DNA of 64,000 nucleotides from Promethearchaeota archaeon. Its GTDB lineage: Archaea > Asgardarchaeota > Lokiarchaeia > Sigyniarchaeales > SOKP01. The notes beneath the pieces are model-generated. The model ran no database searches, was not told the origin of the DNA, and was given only the letters and a program-made list of their open reading frames with translations. The stretch is from NCBI GenBank assembly GCA_018238625.1, contig JABCSY010000001.1, positions 32,001-96,000 on the forward strand, written 5' to 3'. Below, piece after piece: positions 9,840-19,206 of the stretch. Position numbers and translations under genes: made by a program. Each line of letters begins with the position of its first letter. Within the stretch, counting starts at the first letter, position 1.

Positions 9840-11159
9840 CTATATCTTATAAGTTTCACCGATTTCAGGAGCAACTGAATTAAAACCTTTGTCTGACAAA
9901 TCGTAAGCAAATGATGTTGTTGATTTTGCATCTCCATGCATACAAAAAATAAATTTAGAATCGTTTTGAAACTTTAAATCTTCGATATATCTGTGTAAAT
10001 GAATTTTATCAGCGTGGCTAGAAAAATCATAATAATCTACATTACATTTTGCCTTGATAAAAATATCTCTAGTACGATAATTCCTACTATTGCTTTCTTT
10101 AAACTCGAAAATTCTTTCGTCAATTAATTTTCTTCCAGGAGTCCCTTCGACTTGATATCCCACAAGAAAAACAGCTGAGCTTGGGTCATTTAAGATTGAG
10201 CCGATATATTCAAGAGCTGCACCCCCCTTTAACATACCTGATGGAGATATGATTAAACCATCTGATCTCTTTTTAGCATTCTTTCTTTTTTCTTTAGATG
10301 TTATTAATTGAGCTTTTTTAAAAGCAGACTTATATTCAGCAAAATTTTTAAAAGAATTAGGAAATTGAGCGTACTCTATCGAAACTTTTCTTGCTAAACC
10401 ATCAAGAAATACTTCACTTTTAAAATTGTATTTTTGCAAAACTAACAAGATTTCTTGTGAGCGAGCAACCCCAAAAGCAGGAACGAGAACCTTTCCGCCG
10501 TTTTCGATAATATTTAGGGTATCATCAGTAAATCTTTTTTCAAGTTCCGCTCTTATAGGATGTTCTCTTAAAGAATACGTGGATTCCGTAATTAAAGCAT
10601 CAATTTCAGGCAATTTAGAAGGTTCAGCGGGAGAAACTAGGTTCGTTTCTTGAGTATTGATATCTCCCGTGTAAAGAATTCTCTTATTATCGACTTCTAC
10701 TAATATGGATACGCTACCAGGAATGTGTCCTGCGTCGTAAAATGTAATATAGAAATTATCGTCAATCTTCTGACGGACTCCGTTGCTAAGAAAAGAAGCG
10801 TTTTTAATTGTTTTTTGTAACTCTTTATACCCGAACGGGTAAGGATAATTGGAGATTTTAATCGTGTCTTTTATCAATATCTCTGACATTCTAAGCGTTA
10901 GAGGGTTGGTAAAGAGGGGAATGTCTTTGTTTTTAAATAAAAAAGGTAAAGCTCCAGAATGATCTACATGACAATGAGACAACGCAATAGCTTTAAGATT
11001 GCTAAAATCTCCATCTAAAGGTAATCTCTCTTCGCCCTTGAATCTAATGCCATAATCTAAAATACATTGTGCTCCATTTTTTGACTCAATTAGGACTGCT
11101 GACCTTCCTACTTCCCTACATCCCCCAAGAAATTTTATAACTGGCATTTGTGTCCTCAT
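9840..11159 (-). CDS. MBL-fold beta-CASP ribonuclease (CPSF-like, no KH domains)
   Basis: GGCREVGRS, HCHVDH, AGHIPG, YTGD, ESTY, FSSHAD, HGD. Confidence 0.9.
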   Translation of the reverse strand: MRTQMPVIKFLGGCREVGRSAVLIESKNGAQCILDYGIRFKGEERLPLDGDFSNLKAIALSHCHVDHSGALPFLFKNKDIPLFTNPLTLRMSEILIKDTIKISNYPYPFGYKELQKTIKNASFLSNGVRQKIDDNFYITFYDAGHIPGSVSILVEVDNKRILYTGDINTQETNLVSPAEPSKLPEIDALITESTYSLREHPIRAELEKRFTDDTLNIIENGGKVLVPAFGVARSQEILLVLQKYNFKSEVFLDGLARKVSIEYAQFPNSFKNFAEYKSAFKKAQLITSKEKRKNAKKRSDGLIISPSGMLKGGAALEYIGSILNDPSSAVFLVGYQVEGTPGRKLIDERIFEFKESNSRNYRTRDIFIKAKCNVDYYDFSSHADKIHLHRYIEDLKFQNDSKFIFCMHGDAKSTTSFAYDLSDKGFNSVAPEIGETYKI

Positions 11160-11261
11160 TTAGGAAAATTAAAAAAAAATATGATCCTTATTGAATAGAT
11201 TAAATTAGCATAAACTTTCAAAAAATTTCAATCTTCTGATTATTTAAAAAAAAGGAAGTAG

Positions 11262-12020
11262 TTATTTTATTTTCTTTATCGCATTTGTCAATAAAGCGAT
11301 AACATTATGAACATTTTTACCAAAGATTTCTAAGATATCATCCCAAGTTACAGGAGCTTCGTCATCTTTCCAGCAGTCATAATCTGTAGACATAGCTACA
11401 GCAGCATATGGAATTCCGGCTTCGTTTGCTAAAATTGTTTCAGGAGCTATACTCATATTTATTACATCAGCACCCCAGATTCTAAACATTTCAGATTCTG
11501 CTCTAGTCGAAAATCTAGGCCCTTCGATTGTAACCACAGTTCCTTTCTCATGATATTTGAGATTGAGTTCCTTAGAAGTTTCAATAAGAATCTTTCTTAA
11601 ATCTTCCGAATAGGGATAAGCCATTGCTGTGTGTTTAGCAGCACCTGGAGGAAATTCATCAAAAAAACTTACTTTTCTTAACCTCGTAAAATCAATAAAT
11701 TGATCAAGAATAATGAAATCGCCTCTTCCTATCTCTTCTCTCAAACTACCGCAAGCTGTTGTAGCTAAGATGTGAGTACATCCTTGATCTTTCAATGCTT
11801 GTATGTTAGCTCTATAATTTACCTGTGTTGGGGGAATTGTGTGCTCTCTCCCGTGTCTTGCTACGAGAACAATTTCAACATCGTTAATTTTCCCTAATTT
11901 TAGAGGTGAAGTTGGTTTTCCATATGGTGTACTAACTTCTATTTCTTTTACATCTTTTAAAATGTCTGGATTATCTAATCCAGAACCTCCTATTATTCCG
12001 ATTTTAACCATTTTACTCAC
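11262..12020 (-). CDS. mtnP: S-methyl-5'-thioadenosine phosphorylase
   Basis: IGIIGGSG, RHG-H-IPP, IEGPRFSTRAES, INMS, TDYDCW. Confidence 0.93.
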   Translation of the reverse strand: MSKMVKIGIIGGSGLDNPDILKDVKEIEVSTPYGKPTSPLKLGKINDVEIVLVARHGREHTIPPTQVNYRANIQALKDQGCTHILATTACGSLREEIGRGDFIILDQFIDFTRLRKVSFFDEFPPGAAKHTAMAYPYSEDLRKILIETSKELNLKYHEKGTVVTIEGPRFSTRAESEMFRIWGADVINMSIAPETILANEAGIPYAAVAMSTDYDCWKDDEAPVTWDDILEIFGKNVHNVIALLTNAIKKIK

Positions 12021-12110
12021 TATACTAAATTCTTAAAATATAATTTTTATAATATTTAAAATTGTTCAAATTTTATTTTATTTTGTTTAATAAAATAAAA
12101 ACTAAGTGAA

Positions 12111-12980
12111 ATGATTATGAAAGAAAAAGAAAGGACAGTTGATTTGGCAATAATAGGAGGGACTGGTTCTAATGTCACTCTTGATAATTTAGAAGAAGTA
12201 AAAGTCTATACCCCTTATGGTAGTACCTCAGCAGCGATAGCAATAGGTGATTTTAATGGGAAAAAGATTGCCTATATTCCTCGACATGGCATAGATCATT
12301 CAATTCCTCCTCATAGGATAAATTTCAGAGCAAATATATGGGCTTTAAAAAAATTAGGTGTAAAATTCATCATATCTCCATCAGCTGTTGGATCGTTAAA
12401 AAAAAAGCACAATAAAGAGAAATTTATCTTAGTAGACCAATATATTGACAGAACTAAAAAAAGAGTTGATACCTTTTATGAAAACGGTCAATTATGTCAT
12501 ATTGGACAAGCTGATCCATATTGTGATTATTTAAATAGACTTTTCTTTGAAACAGGAAAAGAATTAAATTTAGACATTCAAAATGGAGGAGTTTACATTT
12601 GTATTGAAGGTCCAAGGTTTTCGACAAGAGCAGAATCAAAAATATTTCGCCAATGGGGAGGGGATATAGTAGGAATGACAAATTATCCCGAAGTTGTTCT
12701 TTCAGCAGAAAAAGAAATTTGTTATTGCTGTATTGCGATGGTTACCGATCTGGATGTGTGGGCAGGCGAGTGCTCAGAATGTGGTATTGTTGAATTTGCT
12801 CAAAAATGTGAAATTTGTGGTGGAACCGTAGATAAGCTATCTGTTAATGTGCCAGAAGTTATAGAAACGATGGGTAAAAATGTTGAAAATTTAAAGAAAT
12901 TACTTGAATTAACTATTCAAAAAATAGATATTGAAAGAGAATGTCCATGTCATCATTCTCTTACAGACGCTCTATTATAG
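12111..12980 (+). CDS. MTAP/PNP-family nucleoside phosphorylase with a Cys4 insertion
   Basis: IIGGTG, RHG, EGPRFSTRAES, VGMT, TDLDVW followed by CSEC-x9-CEIC. Confidence 0.88.
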   Translation: MIMKEKERTVDLAIIGGTGSNVTLDNLEEVKVYTPYGSTSAAIAIGDFNGKKIAYIPRHGIDHSIPPHRINFRANIWALKKLGVKFIISPSAVGSLKKKHNKEKFILVDQYIDRTKKRVDTFYENGQLCHIGQADPYCDYLNRLFFETGKELNLDIQNGGVYICIEGPRFSTRAESKIFRQWGGDIVGMTNYPEVVLSAEKEICYCCIAMVTDLDVWAGECSECGIVEFAQKCEICGGTVDKLSVNVPEVIETMGKNVENLKKLLELTIQKIDIERECPCHHSLTDALL

Positions 12981-13014
12981 TATTGTAAAATAAGGTTATT
13001 TATTATTATTATTA

Positions 13015-14451
13015 TTATTCTTTTAGCACTGGATTTCTTGCGGCAATTACTGCGTCTAATCGTCCAATTGACGTGTTATGTGGCGCTGTTTTCAGGAGTT
13101 CTGGTTTATTTAACGCTTCCTCGTAAACCTTCAGCATTGCTTCGATGAATTTATCTAAGGAATGTTTGGATTCTGTTTCTGTCGGTTCAATCATTATTGC
13201 TCCATTTACAATTAAGGGGAAATAAATAGTTGGAGCGTAATAACCATAATCAAGAATTCTTTTAGCAACATCTTCAGTTGTAATATCGTTTGGTAAGTTT
13301 TTATCTGATAAAACAAATTCGTGTTGACACATGCGGTTATAGGGAAGGTCAAATTTCTTTTGTAGCAAGCATTTTAGGTAGTTAGCGTTTAAAACGGCTA
13401 TCTGGCCAACCCGTTTTAACCCATCTGCACCTAAAGAGAGTATATAAGTATATGCCCTTAAGATTATCCCAAAATTACCCCAAAAAGCTTTAATTCGGCC
13501 TATTGATTTATCATTATTCTGTTCGCAAACAATACCTCCATCAGTCGAAATTATACAGGGTTTTGGTAAAAATGGGATAAGTTCATTTATAACACCAATA
13601 GGGCCAGAACCAGGCCCTCCACCACCGTGAGGGGTTGAAAAAGTTTTATGTAAATTCAAATGAACTATATCAAAACCCATATCTCTGGGCCGACAAATTC
13701 CTAACATAGGGTTTAGATTTGCTCCATCGTAATAACATAATCCCCCATGCTTGTGGATGATTCTAGTTATATCTTTAATTTGCCTATCAAAAACACCTAA
13801 GGTGTTAGGATTTGTTAACATGATTCCTGCTACATCACCTTGTTCCATTGCAAATTCAAGATGGTCTAGTGGAACTTCACCGTATTCGTTTGATTGTAAT
13901 TCAATAATTGAAAACCCCGCCATTTTCGCCGACGCAGGGTTAGTGCCGTGAGCCGAATCTGGAACTATAATTTTATCTTTGATAATCCCTTTAGTCTCGA
14001 AATATTTTTTTATTATTAACAAACCAACTAATTCTCCATGCGCTCCAGCTGCAGGTTGTAATGTAAATCCGTCCATACCAGTAATTTCACCTAACGCTAT
14101 TGAAATATTGTATAGTAATTCAAGTGAACCTTCACTTTCATCCTGAAGTGGATGTATTTGCGAAAATTCATTCAATCGTACTGCTATCTCGTTAATTTTT
14201 GGGTTATACTTCATGGTACAAGAGCCTAACGGATAAATTCCGGAATCTACACCGTAGTTTATCGTGCTTAATTTAACATAATGGCGAACTATCTCAACCT
14301 CAGGAACGTCTGGAATTGGAAGTATCTCTCTTAAGAGATTTTCGGGAATGAAGTCCTCAAGTTTTTCTACTTTAATATCTATTTTTGGTATAAAGTTTTT
14401 TTGGGCGCGGTCAACCCCTTTTTCAAAAATCAAAGAATTATTATTATTCAT
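13015..14451 (-). CDS. gcvPB: Glycine dehydrogenase (decarboxylating) subunit 2
   Basis: PLGSCTMKYN, QPAAGAHGE, HGTNPAS, NLHKTFSTPHGGGGPG; start set at ATG 14451, overlapping the gcvPA stop (ATGAATAA). Confidence 0.95.
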   Translation of the reverse strand: MNNNNSLIFEKGVDRAQKNFIPKIDIKVEKLEDFIPENLLREILPIPDVPEVEIVRHYVKLSTINYGVDSGIYPLGSCTMKYNPKINEIAVRLNEFSQIHPLQDESEGSLELLYNISIALGEITGMDGFTLQPAAGAHGELVGLLIIKKYFETKGIIKDKIIVPDSAHGTNPASAKMAGFSIIELQSNEYGEVPLDHLEFAMEQGDVAGIMLTNPNTLGVFDRQIKDITRIIHKHGGLCYYDGANLNPMLGICRPRDMGFDIVHLNLHKTFSTPHGGGGPGSGPIGVINELIPFLPKPCIISTDGGIVCEQNNDKSIGRIKAFWGNFGIILRAYTYILSLGADGLKRVGQIAVLNANYLKCLLQKKFDLPYNRMCQHEFVLSDKNLPNDITTEDVAKRILDYGYYAPTIYFPLIVNGAIMIEPTETESKHSLDKFIEAMLKVYEEALNKPELLKTAPHNTSIGRLDAVIAARNPVLKE

Positions 14452-15802
14452 TTTTTTTTCCCTCCTTTTTGTTATATAGAGCATTCTTAGCCGCATTGAT
14501 AAACTTTTCAATTGATTCGCGAGAATTCATTTCTGTCACACACACTAAAACTATGTTCTCCAAATTTGGAAAATACTTTGAGAGACGAAGGGGAGGGAGC
14601 AAGTTTAATTGCTTGCACTCATGAGTAAAAGCATCAACATCTGGACATTTTACAATAAATTCGTTGTAAGTTGGTTTTTTGTTTAAAATTTCGTAACCAG
14701 GAATTTCGGTTAGTTTGTTTTTAACATAATTAGCTTTTTGAAAGTTTTGGGTTGCGATTTCGCGCAATCCTGTTTTTCCTAAAGATATAATATATATTAA
14801 GGCAGATAATGAACATAATGCTTGGTTTGTGCATATATTTGAACTCGCTTTTTCTCTTCTTATATGTTGTTCACGGGCTTGTAACGTTAGTAAAAATCCC
14901 TCGCGTTCGCCGTTGATTTCCTTTGTTTTGCCAACCAACCTACCGGGCATTTTTCTCAAATATTTTTTCTTTGCTGCAAAAATACCTAATCCAGGACCGC
15001 CAAATGAAGGACTAATTCCAAAAGACTGTCCTTCTGCTACAAATATATCTACATCAGTTTCCCCTGGTGGTTTCAGAACACCTAAACAGGTGGGGTCGGT
15101 CATACATTGTATCAATAAGCAATTAGGAACTTTTTCTTTCACCTTTTTTGCTAACAACGATATATCTTCAATGTCTCCAAAGAAATTTGGACTCTGAAAT
15201 AAAACAGCTGCAATATCTTTGTTTAACTCGTCTATTAATTCATTTTCAGCGATAATTCTAAGATCGATTCCTTGTCCCCAACAATAAGTCTTGACAACTT
15301 CAGAATATTCGGGATGAATGCCTTCTAATAATAATAGACTGTTTTTCCTTGTTATTATAGTTGCCATAATAGCTGCTTCCGCAAGAGCAGTAGATCCATC
15401 GTACATACTCGCATTAGCAACATCCATCTGAGTTAGTCGAGAAATTACGCTTTGATATTCATAGATCGCTTGTAAAAACCCTTGACTAGCTTCTGCTTGA
15501 TAGGGGGTGTATGAAGTATAGAACTCTGTACGACTTATTACAAAATCAACTAAAGAAGGGATGTAATGAAAATAATAACCTGCTCCCAAAAAGGAATTAG
15601 AATAAACTTTGTTCTTTTGAGAAAGTTCTTTTAAGTTTTTCAGAACATCTGGTTCGGATAAGCCTAAAGGTAAATTTAAACTGTTAATAATTAAATCTTT
15701 AGGAATATCTTGAAATAATTCTTCTAAATTATTAACGCCAATAACTTTAAGCATTTCAGTAATAGCTTTATCGTCATGAGGAATAAAATCCAAATTAATC
15801 AA
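14444..15802 (-). CDS. gcvPA: Glycine dehydrogenase (decarboxylating) subunit 1
   Basis: FYTSYTPYQAEASQG, NASMYDG, QAREQHIRREKASSNICTNQAL. Confidence 0.95.
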   Translation of the reverse strand: MINLDFIPHDDKAITEMLKVIGVNNLEELFQDIPKDLIINSLNLPLGLSEPDVLKNLKELSQKNKVYSNSFLGAGYYFHYIPSLVDFVISRTEFYTSYTPYQAEASQGFLQAIYEYQSVISRLTQMDVANASMYDGSTALAEAAIMATIITRKNSLLLLEGIHPEYSEVVKTYCWGQGIDLRIIAENELIDELNKDIAAVLFQSPNFFGDIEDISLLAKKVKEKVPNCLLIQCMTDPTCLGVLKPPGETDVDIFVAEGQSFGISPSFGGPGLGIFAAKKKYLRKMPGRLVGKTKEINGEREGFLLTLQAREQHIRREKASSNICTNQALCSLSALIYIISLGKTGLREIATQNFQKANYVKNKLTEIPGYEILNKKPTYNEFIVKCPDVDAFTHECKQLNLLPPLRLSKYFPNLENIVLVCVTEMNSRESIEKFINAAKNALYNKKEGKKNE

Positions 15803-15852
15803 CTCATACTTCTAAAATTTTAAGAAATAAAATTAAAAATTGGAAAAAAAGT

Positions 15853-16248
15853 TTATTTATTCTCTTCTTCTACTATTTTTTTATAATCTTCAACGGATAA
15901 AAGTTTGTTAATTTCGCTACTATTTGAAAGCTTTATCTTCATCATCCAACCAGTCCCATAAGGGGAAGAATTAATTGATTCGGGGCTTTCTATTATAATA
16001 GCGTTAACTTCAACGATTTCTCCGGATAATGGCATCAGAATTTCTCCAACGGCCTTAACAGATTCAATTTCACCAGCACTACTTTCTTTTTCTAGCATTC
16101 TTCCTATTTCGGGTAATTCAACATAAACTATATCGCCTAATTGATGCTGAGCAAAATCGGTAATGCCTATAGTAGCCGTATCGCCTTCAATTCGCACCCA
16201 TTCATGTGACTTCATATATTTTAAATCATCAGGAAATTCGTATTCCAT
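15853..16248 (-). CDS. gcvH: Glycine cleavage system H protein
   Basis: HEWV, GITDFAQ, lipoyl-Lys motif IESVKA. Confidence 0.95.
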   Translation of the reverse strand: MEYEFPDDLKYMKSHEWVRIEGDTATIGITDFAQHQLGDIVYVELPEIGRMLEKESSAGEIESVKAVGEILMPLSGEIVEVNAIIIESPESINSSPYGTGWMMKIKLSNSSEINKLLSVEDYKKIVEEENK

Positions 16249-16276
16249 AATTTTTCACTTTTTCTTTGTTGTATAA

Positions 16277-17371
16277 TCACACATTTCTATAAAACGGTGT
16301 AGCAACTACTTTTCCTCTCAAGAACTTATTGCGAATTTCAATTTCAAATTCCGTTCCTACTTCGCTATATTGTTTTTCAACAAGGCCTAAACCAATTGTT
16401 TTCTTAAGTGTAGGTGAATATCCTCCTGAAGTAACGAATCCAATTTCATTACCATTTTTAAAAATTTTATAATGCTCTCTAATAATACCTCTATCCAACA
16501 AATTCAACCCAACAATAGTTAGATCTGTTCCTTCAGATTTTTGTTTTAATAAAGTTTCTTTTCCAATATAATCAATACCCTCTTTAGGTTTGACGAGCCA
16601 AAAAAGTCCTGCTTCAATAGGCGTGATTGAGTCGCTAATTTCGTGACCATATAACGAGTAGGTTGCTTCTAATCTCAACGAATCTCGCGCCCCTAAACCT
16701 GCTGCTGAGGCTCCAGTTTTAATTAAATCATTCCATATTTTCTCAGCATATTTATTATCAAATGAAATTTCAAATCCTCGTTCACCAGTATATCCGGTTC
16801 TAGCTATAAATATTGGAGCCCCGTTTAACATAGTGTGAGCAAAATAAAACCTATTTATCGAAGATAAATCAACATCCACTAATGGTTGGAGATATTCGTC
16901 GGATTTTGGACCTTGAAACGCTAAACGACATCTTTTTGAGGATAAATTAGTAATTTTAACATCTTTACTTCCAATATGCTCGTTTAACCATTGAAAATCT
17001 TTTTCGACATTGCCAGCGTTAACGATCATTCTAAATCGCTCAGGTTCTTCCTCGTAATAAACAAGATCGTCAACAACAGTCCCATTTTCATAACACATAC
17101 ATGAATATTGTCCTTTTGTGGGTTCTAGTAGCTTTAAATCGTTAATCATTACATATTGAAGAAAGGATATTACATCTTTCCCTTCTAACAGGAATTCCCC
17201 CATATGTGAAACATCAAATATACCCGCTTTATTGCGTACCGCTTCGTGTTCTTTTATAATGCTTTCGTACTGCACTGGCATACTAAAACCAGCAAAGTCA
17301 ACCATCCTTGCTCCTAAATTCACGTGAATATTATAAAATGGAGTCTTTTTCAGTTCTTGAATCAAATCCAC
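16277..17371 (-). CDS. gcvT: Glycine cleavage system T protein (aminomethyltransferase)
   Basis: FDVSHMG, RTGYTGERGFE, GLGARDSLRLEA. Confidence 0.95.
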   Translation of the reverse strand: MDLIQELKKTPFYNIHVNLGARMVDFAGFSMPVQYESIIKEHEAVRNKAGIFDVSHMGEFLLEGKDVISFLQYVMINDLKLLEPTKGQYSCMCYENGTVVDDLVYYEEEPERFRMIVNAGNVEKDFQWLNEHIGSKDVKITNLSSKRCRLAFQGPKSDEYLQPLVDVDLSSINRFYFAHTMLNGAPIFIARTGYTGERGFEISFDNKYAEKIWNDLIKTGASAAGLGARDSLRLEATYSLYGHEISDSITPIEAGLFWLVKPKEGIDYIGKETLLKQKSEGTDLTIVGLNLLDRGIIREHYKIFKNGNEIGFVTSGGYSPTLKKTIGLGLVEKQYSEVGTEFEIEIRNKFLRGKVVATPFYRNV

Positions 17372-17494
17372 ACCTTGTAATGTGTTTATTTTAATACTGT
17401 GAGTATAAAGTACAGAGAATTATTTAAATTTTCAGCCTAAAAAATAAGGGTAATTATATGGGAAAAAAATGGGTGGATGTGTTTATTCCGTTTA

Positions 17495-18022
17495 CTATTC
17501 TTCAACAGCTACTTTAATCAGACTAATTATATCATAGCCTTCTAATTTGTCTCGACCATGTAAACTACCTGTAAGCTCAATAACAAATGCAATCCCCGTT
17601 ACGCTCCCACCTGCCTTTTCTATTAGATCGCAAGATGCTTTTGCAGTTCCTCCAGTTGCTAACAAATCATCAAACAATAACACTTTTTCACCTTCTTCTA
17701 TGGCATCCTTATGCATTTCAATAGTGTCAGTACCATATTCGAGTTCATATGTCTCACTAAATGTCTCAGCGGGTAGTTTTCCTGGTTTCCGTATCAATAC
17801 GAACCCAGCGCCCAATTTATACGCTAAAACTCCGCCCCACACGTAACCTCTAGCTTCGACAGCACAAACTTTCTTGATTCCTTTGTCTTTGAAATGATCT
17901 ATTAGTTTGTCACATGACTCCTTAAAAGAAGCGTGAACCTTACACAAAGTTGTGACGTCTTTAAATTGAATTCCTTTTATTGGAAAATCTGGGACATTCC
18001 TTATATAATCTTCTAAATTCAA
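17495..18022 (-). CDS. apt: Adenine phosphoribosyltransferase
   Basis: PDFPIKGIQFKD, EARG, RKPGKLP, YELEYG, DDLLATGGT. Confidence 0.95.
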   Translation of the reverse strand: MNLEDYIRNVPDFPIKGIQFKDVTTLCKVHASFKESCDKLIDHFKDKGIKKVCAVEARGYVWGGVLAYKLGAGFVLIRKPGKLPAETFSETYELEYGTDTIEMHKDAIEEGEKVLLFDDLLATGGTAKASCDLIEKAGGSVTGIAFVIELTGSLHGRDKLEGYDIISLIKVAVEE

Positions 18023-18252
18023 ATTCTTTCAATTCCTTTTATTGTTAGTTTAAAATATATTATTATTTAAATTAATTAAAAATTATATTTAATTGAATCA
18101 TCCATGCAATTAAAATCTAATAAATCGTATAATAATTAGAAAAAATTAAATAAACATTAATTTATAAAAAATATATTAGACGATTAATTATTTTTAAGAT
18201 TAAATCAATCGTCGCAATATTTTGAACATTAAAAGTATAACGGTGAAATAAA

Positions 18253-19206
18253 ATAAAAATACTCCTATTTGGCCCTGGTGGTGCGGGTAAAACGTCATTA
18301 ATGCGGACTACTTGTTTAGGTTATAATTTCATGAAAGTACTTAATCTGAAACCTACAAAAGGAGTCTCGAGGGAAAACTTTATATTTAGGGGAATAATGG
18401 AACTTTCCATCTGGGATTTAGGCGGTCAGGAACTTTATATGGAAAGATATTTCTCGGAAAAACAGCGAGAGCTTGTGTTTTCTGAAGTAACAGCTGCAGT
18501 TTTCATGGTTGATTCGGCAGCAGAAGAACCAAAACTAAAAGATACCTTTGGCAAATTCTTGAAATACCTTTTCGAATTTAGTCCTGAAGTAGGAAAAGTA
18601 TACGTCTTATTAAATAAAACTGATCTTCAAGAATCAAAAGAAGATGACATTTATGAACTATTAATTAAAGATCTTACAGACGATTTAAAAAGCAAAATTG
18701 CTTTTACACCTGTATCAGTAAAAGAGGGAAGTGCTCAACATCGATTGATCGAAATACTCGATTATAAAATTCAAGAGAACACATTAGCTTTACAAAGACT
18801 TGGGAAAATACGCCATTTGTTAGACCAATTGAAGATCAATACGCTTTCAGAATTTCTTTTGTTTAACCAACCAGATGGTTTATTAATAGCATCCACAATA
18901 GGAAAATTTGAAAGTCCAAATCTCCAATTCCTCCGTTTTGAAATAGGAAGCCTTGATTCAAATATATATCAAATCTATACAAAGATTATGGAACTTTCAG
19001 ATTCTTCGATTTCTCCTTTAGAATTATCGACAGTTATATATGAGAGCGAACATAACTACATCTTAGTGAAGGAAGTTAGCAATGGATCGGTACTGATGGT
19101 TGTTACTAAAGAGAAATCCATTAGTATTTTTAATACTGTGATGGACGACTTAAATGGCGAAAATTTCCAAAATTTGAAAAAATTCCTTAGTAGGGACGAT
19201 TTTTAA
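18253..19206 (+). CDS. Rag/Gtr-like small GTPase with C-terminal roadblock-like domain; probable ATA start
   Basis: In-frame upstream of the track's ATG 18301 lies (I)KILLFGPGGAGKTSL (G1); also PTKG (G2), WDLGGQ (G3), NKTD (G4); C-terminal LLFNQPDGLLIAST roadblock-like pattern. Confidence 0.85.
   Translation: MKILLFGPGGAGKTSLMRTTCLGYNFMKVLNLKPTKGVSRENFIFRGIMELSIWDLGGQELYMERYFSEKQRELVFSEVTAAVFMVDSAAEEPKLKDTFGKFLKYLFEFSPEVGKVYVLLNKTDLQESKEDDIYELLIKDLTDDLKSKIAFTPVSVKEGSAQHRLIEILDYKIQENTLALQRLGKIRHLLDQLKINTLSEFLLFNQPDGLLIASTIGKFESPNLQFLRFEIGSLDSNIYQIYTKIMELSDSSISPLELSTVIYESEHNYILVKEVSNGSVLMVVTKEKSISIFNTVMDDLNGENFQNLKKFLSRDDF

Noticed and set aside
14452-14511. Longer gcvPB N-terminus given in the ORF track
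   Set aside because: It overlaps gcvPA by 68 nt; ATG 14451 follows a GGAGG SD and gives a typical short overlap
18301-19206. GTPase lacking a P-loop (pseudo-GTPase or pseudogene)
   Set aside because: An intact G1 motif is encoded in frame immediately upstream of the called start
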